A DNA stretch of 64,000 nt from Phoronis australis (taxonomy: Eukaryota; Animalia; Phoronida), in contig NMRA01000560.1 in NCBI GenBank assembly GCA_002633005.1, positions 1 to 64,000 on the forward strand, in the 5' to 3' direction. The translations under genes and the position numbers were made by a program. Shown here in pieces: positions 1 to 11,430 of the stretch. How positions within the stretch are numbered: position 1 is the first letter of the stretch; each line of letters starts with the position of its first letter. Under the pieces are notes generated by a model. The model searched no databases and was not told the origin of the DNA. It saw only the letters and a list, made by a program, of their open reading frames with translations.

Positions 1-298
1 AATCTTGATCGTACATTTACAAATTCTACGCAATGTCTATTCTATGGTCCAGTTAGTGCTTATAAGATTGGCTTAAGATGAACTCCTAAGACACGTCCAG
101 CAATGTTACAATCGTTGATTCAATAACCTGCTGTCTCCTTATACATATGTAGCTGGCTCTCTATTGAATGACGCTGTAAATGCTGATTCTGTTACGTATT
201 ACTCTGTAACTGCAACTCAGCTGTAACTCTGACTAGGACTCTCATTGATATTTGCCTGGGCATTCATAGTCTCTCGCAATGTTAATATAAACAACTAC

Positions 299-690
299 CT
301 TTTCAACTTCCAACAGGTTTCGATGTTTCAAACATCATCATCAGGACAAGCAATCAAGGCCGTCTAGCAATCTTGTCCCACACACTGTACAGTAAAGCCA
401 TCAGCACGCAAATGCTGAATGCAAAACATCAAATCCTTTAGTATTCTGGATCAGACTGAAACGACAAAGGAACTCAAAATCCGTGAGTCAATTCACATCA
501 GCTGGCTCAAACCTGAACTGAATAAGTAGCTGGCGCACAGCAGTCTGTCACTGGTCTTATGAATTGTCTTTGATGTCTTGTTGCTATGCGTGCTGATAGC
601 TCCACTGTACACTTTGCGGGTCAAGATTGTTCGATGGCCTTGATTGCTTGTCCTGATGATGAGACATCTAAACATGTTGAAGTTATAAAA
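299..690 (+). mobile_element. Penelope-like retroelement 3' end with inverted pseudo-LTR
   Basis: 421-527 translates as NIKSFSILDQTETTKELKIRESIHISWLKPELNK*, the typical C-terminus of a PLE GIY-YIG endonuclease. 300-410 is an inverted copy of 586-690. Confidence 0.8.
305..352 (-). ncRNA. Minimal hammerhead ribozyme motif (PLE type)
   Basis: Minus strand reads cCTGATGAt-gatgttt-g-aaacatc-GAAAcctgttgg, i.e. core CUGAUGA, a hairpin stem II, then GAAA. A degenerate + strand copy lies at 652-680. Confidence 0.7.
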
Positions 691-698
691 TCTTGTTG

Positions 699-2432
699 TT
701 TTTATGCGCCCACATATTTATGTGTGGACGCATTATGCCGTCATCTCCGTCCGTCCGTCCGTCCGTCCGTCCGGGCGGCGCCCGTCCGGCGACCGGCGTC
801 CGCTGCTCTATCTCCAAAAACCCTTTGACATACGTTCATGAAATTTGGCACATGTGTTCCAATCATGAATGGAAGGGCATGAGCGAGCTTTCGGATGGAT
901 CTGACTACCGATGTGCCCCCTGGTGGTAATTTTAGTTTTTACGCTTACCTTTGTATCTTCAAAAGTCATTAACGGATATTCATGAAATTTAATATGTAGG
1001 CACCTATTAGTGAGATGACGCTATCCTCTCGTTTTCGGATGGATTCGACGTAGTTTGCGTCACCTAGTGGCAATTTGTACTGTTTTCAAGTCTGTATTTT
1101 TGCGTCCACCCCTCTATCAACCAGACCGCTCAAAGGATGATTGTGAAAATTGGCATGTATGTGCTTACTATAAAGAGGACGGCTGACAATGATTTTCCGA
1201 CAATTACGACTACTGTTGCGCCTCCTAGTAGCATTTTTGCGCGTATAGATGTATCTCCTAAACCGTTCGCAGGATCTTTACGCAATTTCGTAAGTATATT
1301 TATATGATGTTGGCAACGGACAATGACGACTTTTGGACGGATCCGCCCACCGGTGTGACCCTTGGGGCAATTTTATTTTTTTATGTTTACCTCTGCAACT
1401 TCAAAAGTCCTTAACGGATTTTCATGAAATTTGGTATGTAGGCACCCATTAGTAATTTGACGCTATCCTTCTGTTTTCGGATGGATTCGACTTAGTTTGC
1501 GCCATCCAGTGGCCATTTTTACTTTTTTCGAGTTTGTTTTTTTGCGTCCACCCCTCTATCAACCAAACCACTCAAAGGATGATTGTGAAAATTAGTATGT
1601 GTGTGCTTACTATAAAGAAGACGATTAACGATAATTTTCTGACGATTTTGAATACTGTGGCGCCTCCTAGTGGCAGTTTTTTTGCGCCTATGGTTGTATC
1701 TCCTAAACCGTTCGCAGGGTCTTTACTTAATTTAGCAAGTGTATTTATATTATGTTGACTACAGATGACGACGATTTTCGGACAGATCTGACTACTGGTG
1801 TGCCCCCTGGTGGCAATTTTAGTTTTTTACGTTTAACTCTGTATCTTCAAAGGTCCTCGACGGATTTTCATAAAATTTCAAATTTTGGCCTCTATTGACG
1901 CTATCTTTCTGTTTTTTGGATGGAATCAAGGTATTTTGTACCACCTAGTGGCCAATTTTGCTGTTTTCAATCTTGTTTTTGACGTCCACCCCTGTATCAA
2001 CCAAATCATTTGAAAATTGGCATATATGCTCTCCGTGTGAAGACAATCTTTGATGATGGTAAATGACTACTGTCGGCCTCCTAGTGGTAGTTTTGTTTTG
2101 CGCCCTTAGCTGTATCTCCTAAACCCACTGCAGGATCTTTACTAAATTTAGTAAGTGTACTTATATGAAGATAACAACGGACGAAGACAACTTTCAGGCG
2201 GATCCAACGCACACTGTGTCCACTTGTGGTAATTTCATTTTATTCTGTTTCCTTTGTTTCTCTGAAGTTCCTTAGCAGATTTTTATGAAATATGGCATGT
2301 TTCTGTTTTTGGATGGATTGTATGTTTTTGCGCCATCTAGTGGCCATTTTTATGATGCAAATAAATAACCCTAAAAGCATACCATTTGCATGCATTCGTG
2401 GGCGCATTTCAACGCTCCGCGTTGCTTTTGTT
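699..2432 (+). mobile_element. Helentron-associated non-autonomous element (HINE/DINE-1-like), copy 1
   Basis: T-run followed by subTIR ATGCGCCCAC, nearby inverted GTGGACGCAT, (CCGT)n at 747-771, about 3.5 tandem ~440-bp units, 3' subTIR GTGGGCGCAT and hairpin CAACGC-tcc-GCGTTG before a T-rich end. Confidence 0.85.
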
Positions 2433-2664
2433 ATTTATATTATCATTAATTGTCTTCATTGAGACCATCTTTCAATGTTCTAGAACATTTCCCCAATTCA
2501 AGCACATTCTAGAACTTTCTGGCATCTACTTAATCATTCTATAAACATTTACTAGGCTCTAGAATGTTCCAGAGTGCGATTCTATATTGACTACTAATAT
2601 ACGGAAACTTACAAGAGTTCTTAAGTACGTATTGGCTGTACTTCGGGAGCAAGTTTTCTGATAT

Positions 2665-2915
2665 GCAAAATTGATTAAGTACACGGCACTTGTCGTTGCT
2701 AACTTCTTTATTCCGTTCCGTTCTTATCCTCGGAATAAAGTTCTACACTCAACAGAGCATTGGTGAAGCTATTGACCTTGTGTCTTTTAATCTTGGCCAG
2801 CTGCTTCAACAATGATGTTCTGTTGTGTATAGAACTTTGTTCCGAGGATAAGAACGGAACGGAATAAAGACTGTCGTGTGTTTAATCAAGTACTCTATTG
2901 TAAACAAATTGCATA
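2665..2915. repeat. Palindromic MITE-like element
   Basis: TCTTTATTCCGTTCCGTTCTTATCCTCGGAATAAAGTTCTA (~2704-2744) is inverted at ~2830-2870, with weaker outer arms. Confidence 0.6.
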
Positions 2916-3924
2916 ATCACTGGGGTGACCTCATAGGTCATGTCAATCCGGTGCTGTCTGCTAATGAACGAACAGCAGCCAAATCAGTGTCATTCTACTC
3001 CTGACAATCACATTACTATAACTGAAATTGAGAGAGACAGTGGTCTTACGTGCTGCTCACCTGAACTGCTGTGTGTACGCGCGTATAATGTTTCCTATTG
3101 GTTGACCCAGACGGTAAAACATCAGTGGCCTTAGAACACATAGAGCGTATGAAGCCAAAACCTATCAAAGGCACGGTGACATTCAAAACTGGCAAAGTCC
3201 AGATGGATGCAACCTACGTATTGTCTGCCGCTTTTCAAGGTGATCGCCTCAGGTGAGTGCTTCAAAGGAAACGGCAATGCTATTTCTGTTTGCTTGAACA
3301 TAATGTCTGAGTTTGATTGTCTTCACCCAAGTTAGGGTTTCGTAGACGGAAGAATTCGCTAAAGAAGCTAGTGTGATAACGTGCTGTGGCAATATCTCGC
3401 AAAGCCTTAGAAGTTCTTGGTTTTCTCGCAAAAAACTACGTCTACAGAACTCACACTGGTTAAGACATCTGGGCCCGGTCTCTAATCTTTGTACTCGAAA
3501 CGAACTCGAAACTATTTTTGGCAATTTCTCTGCTCCTTTTGTGCAAACTTAAGGTAATTGGTTATCAGTCTGTGCTCGAATACATTATAGTTTATGCATA
3601 GCAGTTTCTAGTTCAAGTTTGCCCTTGAAGACCCTTTTATTCGTGATACAAACTCGAGTAAAAACTCGAAATTTCGAGTTCAAACTCGAACTTATTGCTT
3701 TAATATTGGGTTTACAAACTGTGAACTAAGAGCAATAAATTATCTACGTAAGTTATAGTGTACTCGAGTATAGAATAATAGACACTTATCCTGAGTTCGC
3801 CCAAAAGTAGAGTAGAAAATGCCAAACCCAATTCCGAGTTCCATTTCGAGTAAAAAGATTGGAGACTGGACCCTGTTTGATTCTTGATGATATCTGGTTT
3901 ATAGGCCAATCCAATATTGAAACC

Positions 3925-4077
3925 GGGCGTGCGTTCTGTAACGCTAGGACCTACGCTAGGACCTAGCTAAAATCTAGCCAAAGTCACGTGTTCTCATTTA
4001 AAATACACAGCAATATATCACGTAATCTCGCGAAGTCTTGCTTTTTAGCTAGGTCCTAGCGTTACTGAACGGGAGGC
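3925..4077. mobile_element. Small MITE, possibly PIF/Harbinger-like
   Basis: Inverted ends CGTTCTGTAACGCTAGGACCTA / TAGGTCCTAGCGTTACTGAACG. A related fragment lies at ~47602-47690. Confidence 0.6.
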
Positions 4078-7000
4078 TGTAGACCCGGCGGAACTGGCGA
4101 AGTCAATCAAGCGGAGTCAATGATAAGAAGCATGTTATATTCGAGACTATATGTGCGGAGGCACTTTCCTCCATAAAGTTAATAATTTGCTTATTAGTGT
4201 TTGCCCAGCCTACAAATGAAAAGTCTACGGCCACTGCCACACCTCCTATAGTGGCCATTTTGGTTTTAACAAGGGCTTTTTATATCAATGTAAAATGCCT
4301 CCTGTCATGGACGGAGCATAACAAGAGAACCCTGAAAACTATATTTAAGGGAAACTTCAATGGATTAATGCTTTCTTTTGAGATACCAGCAGTTTTTAAA
4401 TGAGTGTCAGAACTATACCTACCATCATTGGTTAAGTTGTATGTTATTACAATTCTTAAAACCGTATGCATGCATTGTGGGCGCATGTCACGCTTTGCCG
4501 CAGCTACCCACAGTGGTAACGTCGGTTAAGTAGCCTTATTGTACCTTACCTTAGCCCATAGAGACATATCTGGGAACGTTTCAGCGTTGGCCTTGTTGCT
4601 GTTTATTCTTGCGCTACAGGTCCCATTTTCGTCTTCTCTACATGAAATTCATTCACAATGTGTATCGGTGAAGTCTTCAGACCTCTTGTTTACAGTAGAA
4701 CGATCAAAACGTGGTGCTGGCTGAGTTCCAGCTCTGCAGTCCTCTGATGGATTCTAATGCAAAACTAAAAGGAATGTGCTACCCGCTTCTCGCTAAGATT
4801 TACTGTTCTCGATTTATTCGAGATTTTTAGAGAGCAGTTCTTTTATGCGTGCTTCGGCTTCCTTCGACTTAAATTTGTGTAAAATGGGCACGTAATTAGA
4901 TCTCGTCAAAAGCACCAACGCTGGTAAAATTCTCAGGCCCTACAGCATCTGTTGTACGTATACCGCATTTCACACTTTTCGCCGCATTGACACGAAATTT
5001 ACATACATTAAGTGTCTCATTAAGAGCTCGATCCCGCATATCTAGGGGAAACTCGAACCAAAGGTGTTGCTGTGATGGCCATTTTTCGATTTTTGCTTCG
5101 CAGAGCTCTAGCTCTGCTGTAGGAGTCTTTCGATATTTGGTATGTGAGTAGATCTCGTTATTGCTATCTGGGGGTGTTTTATCCATTTCTCACTTTGACC
5201 TTCTGTTCTCGAGTTAATCGAGATTATTGGTGACTGAGATGCGTCACTGGTGCGTTTCCTGGGAGTCAATAATACGCCCCAGTTTTCGAAAACGAGGTTT
5301 TCTTGCTCTCATCGTTGACCTCATTTCTAAGATTTTTGTCTTATTTATTTCTCAGTCCAGGTGTGAATTTTCAAATTCTTAAAAGAACATCTGACGATGT
5401 TATTGCTTCGAACAAGACTCAATGAACGGCATGATCGTCGAAAGTTTGAAGCGTAAACATGTGTAGCGACAAGAAAGTTGTTTTTACTTGTAAAAAGGGT
5501 TTATAGTCATTTTAAATGGCTGAACATTTTTAAGATACTTGGTTTTATGACCTTAACCCACTTTGGGGTTATTGCAGAATGGCCAAGATTGGCTATTTCA
5601 GTTTAAACCAGAGTTACAAAACAGCACAAGGTCTTGCGATACCTGCCAGTCATTTGCTGATATCCAGGCCGATGGTTTTACCAGATGCATGCCCTTAAAA
5701 TACTCTGCCATTTTACACGTGGGATATAACTCCACCAGCAGACCTCTGTTCTATGACAGCATGAGCTGTGGGATCAAATCCGCGTTTGGGTGATATCAAG
5801 AAATCACCTTTTTCCATCTGTCAGTTTTAGCATACAATTTCTGTGAACTATGCTAATGTAAATGCTAGAACTTTTGTTGCTATGGGCTTGCAAAGTAGTT
5901 CTGCCGTGTTTACTTTTGTTCCATTGGACCGCCACCGTAGCTGTTGGGGCAGGTCAGACTGAGTTTTTAGAAACTAAGCCTTCAAATGAGAAATGAGTTC
6001 TAGTCGAAAATAAATGGAATCTAGTCACCGTTTCGGCGTTGTCTAGTTTGTTTTCAGCGTTTTGGAAAGTATAGCGTAACCTAACTGCTGCAGGCGTACA
6101 ATCACTGGTTAGCCACAAGTATTCTACAGCGAGGCCAAATGCGAAAATGTTGTCGACGGCGTGCACAACCTGCGTGCGCTTTGCAGTGAACAAAAGGGTG
6201 GGGGTTTCCAGATGAAACCTGAAACTAGATTCGACCAGCAGGAGACTTTTTTGCAATCAAAAATGGTCATGGCCCAATTGTGCCCCATCAGAGCTATACC
6301 AATGTGTAAGGCTTGCTGTATCAACCAATATCGTTTGTGGATGTTACATCTCGATGCATGTATCAAGTTCAATTTCAGGTGCACCATAACCACCGAATCT
6401 TCCCTTGGTTCCATCAGCAGGAGTTATCTTACTGACGCTATTTCAATGAAAGGTAACTTTCGTGTTTTCTGGTGACAAGGCTAGGGCTAATGATTAAGGC
6501 TCGGACTATTCTTGTGCTCTAGTATAATATAATTTACATGGATGACTTTCTGTTCCCAATTTGCGTCTGATGACCTCATCATGAAACCTATAAGTTCGAG
6601 TCTGACCTCTACGTTTTCAGTTACTTTCTATATGCCTAGCGTTTTTAGTTTGACTGTGAGGGTCGTTATTCGCGAACTTTGCATAGACACTAATCTGTGT
6701 AAACCATATTACTCTTGACCACAGAATAATAGAAACTTATGTTGAGTTAGCCAAAAAGTAGAACGGAAAATGTCAATAATAATTTCGAGTTCTATTTTAG
6801 TACAAAAGAAAACCCAGATCTTTGGAGTGCTCGCAATTTGGTAAAAATGTGTAAAATGTCGGAAAACACTTGCACTTCAGAGCGTCAGTATCGGTCAACT
6901 ACAACATGTTTTTGGCGCAAGTACTACACAACAACCATGATAGAGGAATTTTAAATATTAAAAATGAGCCGCAACATGCGTCGAATAAATACATAGATAA

Positions 7001-10000
7001 ACAAGTTTTTTATTAAAGTAAACTCTTTTCTAGGCTCACATCTCGATAACGCGAAAGTCAAATGTCACCAACTGAAACCCATATTTTGAATCAGGGTACA
7101 CATCCAAATGACATCGGATGTTCACGAACCAATATCCGCCCCACAGTCCATTTGAAAACGACAGTACTACGTAAACTGGTGGGATCGAAGCATTCTTCCA
7201 CGCTTCCTCTTTCAGCAGAGTTTTTCAGAAAGCACAGTGAAATTTAACAACCAAACGCTTTCTATTTTCAGTGGCCAAGAGCTTAGGAACGTTAGAGTTT
7301 GGGCAGTCAAAAGTGAATGCGGCTACAGACACATGTAGTAAGGCTTCTGTCATGCTGACGTCACTGTCGTTACTCGTGACGTGGCTTCATCAGTACTGAT
7401 ACGTAAATGCAAGGAAAGTAATGACAATGAAAGATAACTACATCAACGGAAATGCAACTTGTTAAAGGAACAGAAATAATATCGTAAACAATAGATTTCG
7501 AAATCATTGCCTTAAGAACTAGACTGAAGTCTTCAATGGATTAATACAAACGTTACTAAAGCTGGAAAATTTTTGGTTGTTATCACTATCTGATCATAAA
7601 AACTGTAGAACTGGAAGACGAACTTCAATCTCGCGAGGCTGAGGTTCCGCTGCGCATACGTGGGATTTGGTTGCGTTCGTTGTTGATTCTTGCCATTGAA
7701 TATAGGACTCGGCTTGGATGCCTGTTTAGTAAAAATTAATGTAAGTTTAAAGCTTCGTCGAAAACTTCTTCCGAGCACATGTCATGTATATTTTTAGAAT
7801 ATTCAATGATCTAATGATCCTAAACATTATCAAACGGAGGATCATCCTCTTACGACTCTGGAAGACGGCCGTGGGTGCTACCGCTACTTAGCTGGTGGAC
7901 ATAGTGTAAAGCCATCTGGACGTATTACAACAATTTCGAAAGTTTACAATTTCCTTAAGATATATCCACATAAGCAAGCACCACGAGGTCTCTCATACGA
8001 TATCAAAATCATTTACCTAGGACAAATTGTAACATCTAGGCCACCAGGAAAAATGTCAGTGTCTCTATTTTCACTAAAACGTTTTGCAATTCCGCCATTT
8101 TTCAACCAAGTTGCATAACCGTCATATAATTTGAAAGTCATTAGCTGTTGACGGTTTGTGAGTGTAATAACAGCAAAAGATCAGTAATTTACAACATAAG
8201 TAGTTATCATTCTGCATATCTAACATGTATAAGAAATATCTAAGAAACAAGAGTGTAAGAAGAATGTGAAAAATAACGGTATGTAATAATGAGATAAAAG
8301 AGTGTAATAACAGAGTGTAATAACGAAACCCTTTATGTACAAATTGACTGAGTAATTGTTCAACTAATTAATTGTCATGTCAATTGATTTTTGATGTAAT
8401 GCAATCATAGAAAGGAAGTGGATCAGAGAGGTTATACGAATGACATATTAAAGGAGCAGGAAAATAGTTTCGTTGATTTAGAAAATGCTATCGGATAACA
8501 ACAAAGATTTTTGAATATGAATCCCTCACAGTTGCTGTAAAGTTTAGTCAGGCATTCATCCAAAAGTACATATCATTATATATATATTGGATCTTTTTTG
8601 CCGTTTGATACAATTACATTCTTCAGTAACACTTCAGGATGCAGTGACTTACAAAAACAAGACCATCTAATTATTCCAACTACCTGTCCGAAATTTGTAG
8701 ATAAAAGTTTTCTGATAGATCAAAAGGGGTAAAACATCTGTTACGTTGGTTTGAAATAAACTGTTTTTGCAGCGTAGGACTTTCCACACAAATTAAGACA
8801 TATAAACTCATGTCTTTAGGAAAGGAGAAATTAGTGATCCTAATTACATTTAGTGTGCTCTGCCGTAAATAAGGTACATTGAAACACATTTTACTATTCT
8901 GAAGATATTAAAGTGAACTCGGGAAAACAATGGTATTCATAACAAAGAGAAAATAATTTTGATCTTATGTTGCAGAGTTGTTAACATTTGAGAATAAAAA
9001 ACAGGACAACTGAATTGAAAAGAGACACATCCGGATAAAAAGGGGGAAACGCAAAGTTGAAATATTCGTCGTACCTCACGAAAACAGTACGTTTGAAGTC
9101 TACTTGCAAGTCTCCACTCTTGTTTCCATAGTCTCAAACTAGAGCGAGCCACCAATTTGCTACACTTTCTTGGTACCAAGGGGAAACACATGTTATCCTC
9201 TCTACCGGGCACGGTTGTTTATGAAGCCCTGTAACATGTCTAAAAAGAACATTTTTCTTCCAAGGCATTCATTTTTGTCTCCCGACATCGTTTTCACCAG
9301 CGAGGAGGTCAGCTCTGCATTTTAATTTTCAGCAATGAAATGATTTGAGATCAATTGATTGAACAAGCGTTCGTGAACGGTTGCTTATGCAGCCAGACTT
9401 CATGACATTGGCAGGTTAAATCGGATTGGCTCAGTCGCGAGGCAAGGGCCATTGCCTGGCCTGATGCACGAGTCTCTGCACCAGTCCAGTCTGATCCCAT
9501 AAGCGGTAAAGAGGGATTTCAAAGATCACAATTTTGAGTTGTGTTAGCGCTGTGGAACGACCTCCCACATTTACGAAAGTGTGCCCCGCGAAGAAAGTCA
9601 AATGTAATAATGGTTGTATTTGACGCTACGCTAAATTTTGTCGTAGAGCAACAGTAAAATAAGTCGGGTGACTAGGATTCTTCATTGAAACGCAAACGCC
9701 CATTCCGGTTCTCTAGAGATCTCGTGGTTTGAGTCAATTTTTAACGGAGTTGTGAAGTGTGGCGGTATCGTTGATATACGTAAAATATATGATTGAACTA
9801 CAGTTGCTGGTCTTATTACTTTCTTGTGAACCCGTGACATTTGTAATGTATTTGAAGCATAAATTGTGAGAAAAAATCCTTTCAAGTCCCAGCAATGGTC
9901 CGTACACGGTAGCCACTCTCGGGGACCAAACACCGGTCTTGCGAACCAGTGCAGTTGAGGTAGATATTTCCGTAAAAGCAACTGAGCGGCACAGCCAGTA

Positions 10001-11084
10001 CCTGTTCTCTACTGAAAGCATATCTCCCTACCCGTGAGGGCAAAAACTACGACATGCACATGCAGTCTATTTCAAAGTTTAATCCTTAATTCCACATATA
10101 TTCAAAAGTATTCTCATGCTAGTGGCTATCTTTGGTTTTCTGGCAAATCGTATTAACCTTGATTTTATGTCCGAGCCAATCAACGACAAAGACCAAACAT
10201 TCACAAAAAGGTCTTCTGGCGACGCTGCTACATTTATTATTAGAGAGCTTCGGCTACACGTTTTAAAGAGTCCCTGCCATGCATTTTCTTATTTTGTGGG
10301 GTTTCAGTTCACTAATATGAAACAAATACCGTAAAATCTAACTAAATAAGCTCTTTTTATGCCAACTTGTATGTTTTTTAAATTTTGAAGCCAACTAGTT
10401 ATTCACAAATTTCTAGCCAAATGGTGCAATGGGTGGAAGACAATTTTGAGCGAGAACTGTATGTAAGAAATCAATTTTGTGACCTGAAATTTGTGGGTAT
10501 TTAACGCCGCAGATAAGATCATAATCTAAATTTCTCAATGATCTACAAATTAAATTTTGGTGCGTAAAATTGGCGAGAAGTTTTTGGTTGGATTTTGAAA
10601 ATGCGACTTGGGATTTTGGCTACGTCGCAAAATGCGACCTGACGATTTTCATACCGTTGATCCCTGGTAATGTACATGCATAAAATACTGTGTTTAAGGT
10701 CTGTGTCTGTGCTTCGTACTTAAAGGTTTGCGATGGGTGACTAATTGAAAGACACTGAATGTCAGGGCATATAACTAAAGCAGAACCACAATCAAATACA
10801 CGACATCGAGATTGCAAAGCTAAGCTGCATAATCGAAGTCAAATTCAAACTAACTTCTGATGTTTTCTGTTCTGCATCAGAAGAAACACAAGGCTTGAGT
10901 ATCTGAGTATCCAATCGTATTTGTTGATAACAAATTTAAAGCAACAAGTTCGAGTTCCGGAACTTCAAATCTTTTGTTTGAAGTACAATAAGTTGATTGA
11001 GCAGATGAACTTAGGGGTCATCAAGGTCAATTTTAGGGTAACGGGCTCCAAATTGCTTTAACACATGTCATTTACTTGGTGTGC

Positions 11085-11430
11085 ATACAGATCGACTATT
11101 TTAACAGAGGGAGTCGTGGGTCGAGGGGTTCCTTGGGTGTTGGGGTCGAGGGGATTTTAGAACAATCCGGGGAAATGTGGTGAGCAAGCCACACCCAACG
11201 ACCCCCTCGACCCACGACTCCCTCAAACCTCGACCCCATCGATCCACGACCTACAACCCCCTTCACCCATTCTACACAACCTTGACTCGATATGAGCATA
11301 GAACAAGCGCTGACATGCTGTACCTGTTTTTTTCAATGAAGAGAGCCGATTCGCAAAATTTGAAAGCCAAGAAACAGAAAAAAACACGAAATCAAGTCAA
11401 ATCAAAGACCTACCAACGTTACATATGTTT
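11085..11430. repeat. Dispersed repeat with (CGACCC)-type subterminal motifs
   Basis: Closely similar to ~52900-53240; shared CTCGACCCACGAC repeats and AAATCAAAGACCTACCAACGTTACA. Confidence 0.65.

Noticed and set aside
586-929. ORFs with PSVRPSVR repeats (also 37235-37653)
   Set aside because: They are translations of the (CCGT)n microsatellite in the HINE, not genes.
5500-6480. Possible transposase remnant on the minus strand (LHIGIA, VVHAVDNI)
   Set aside because: Motifs are too short and degenerate to assign without a profile search.
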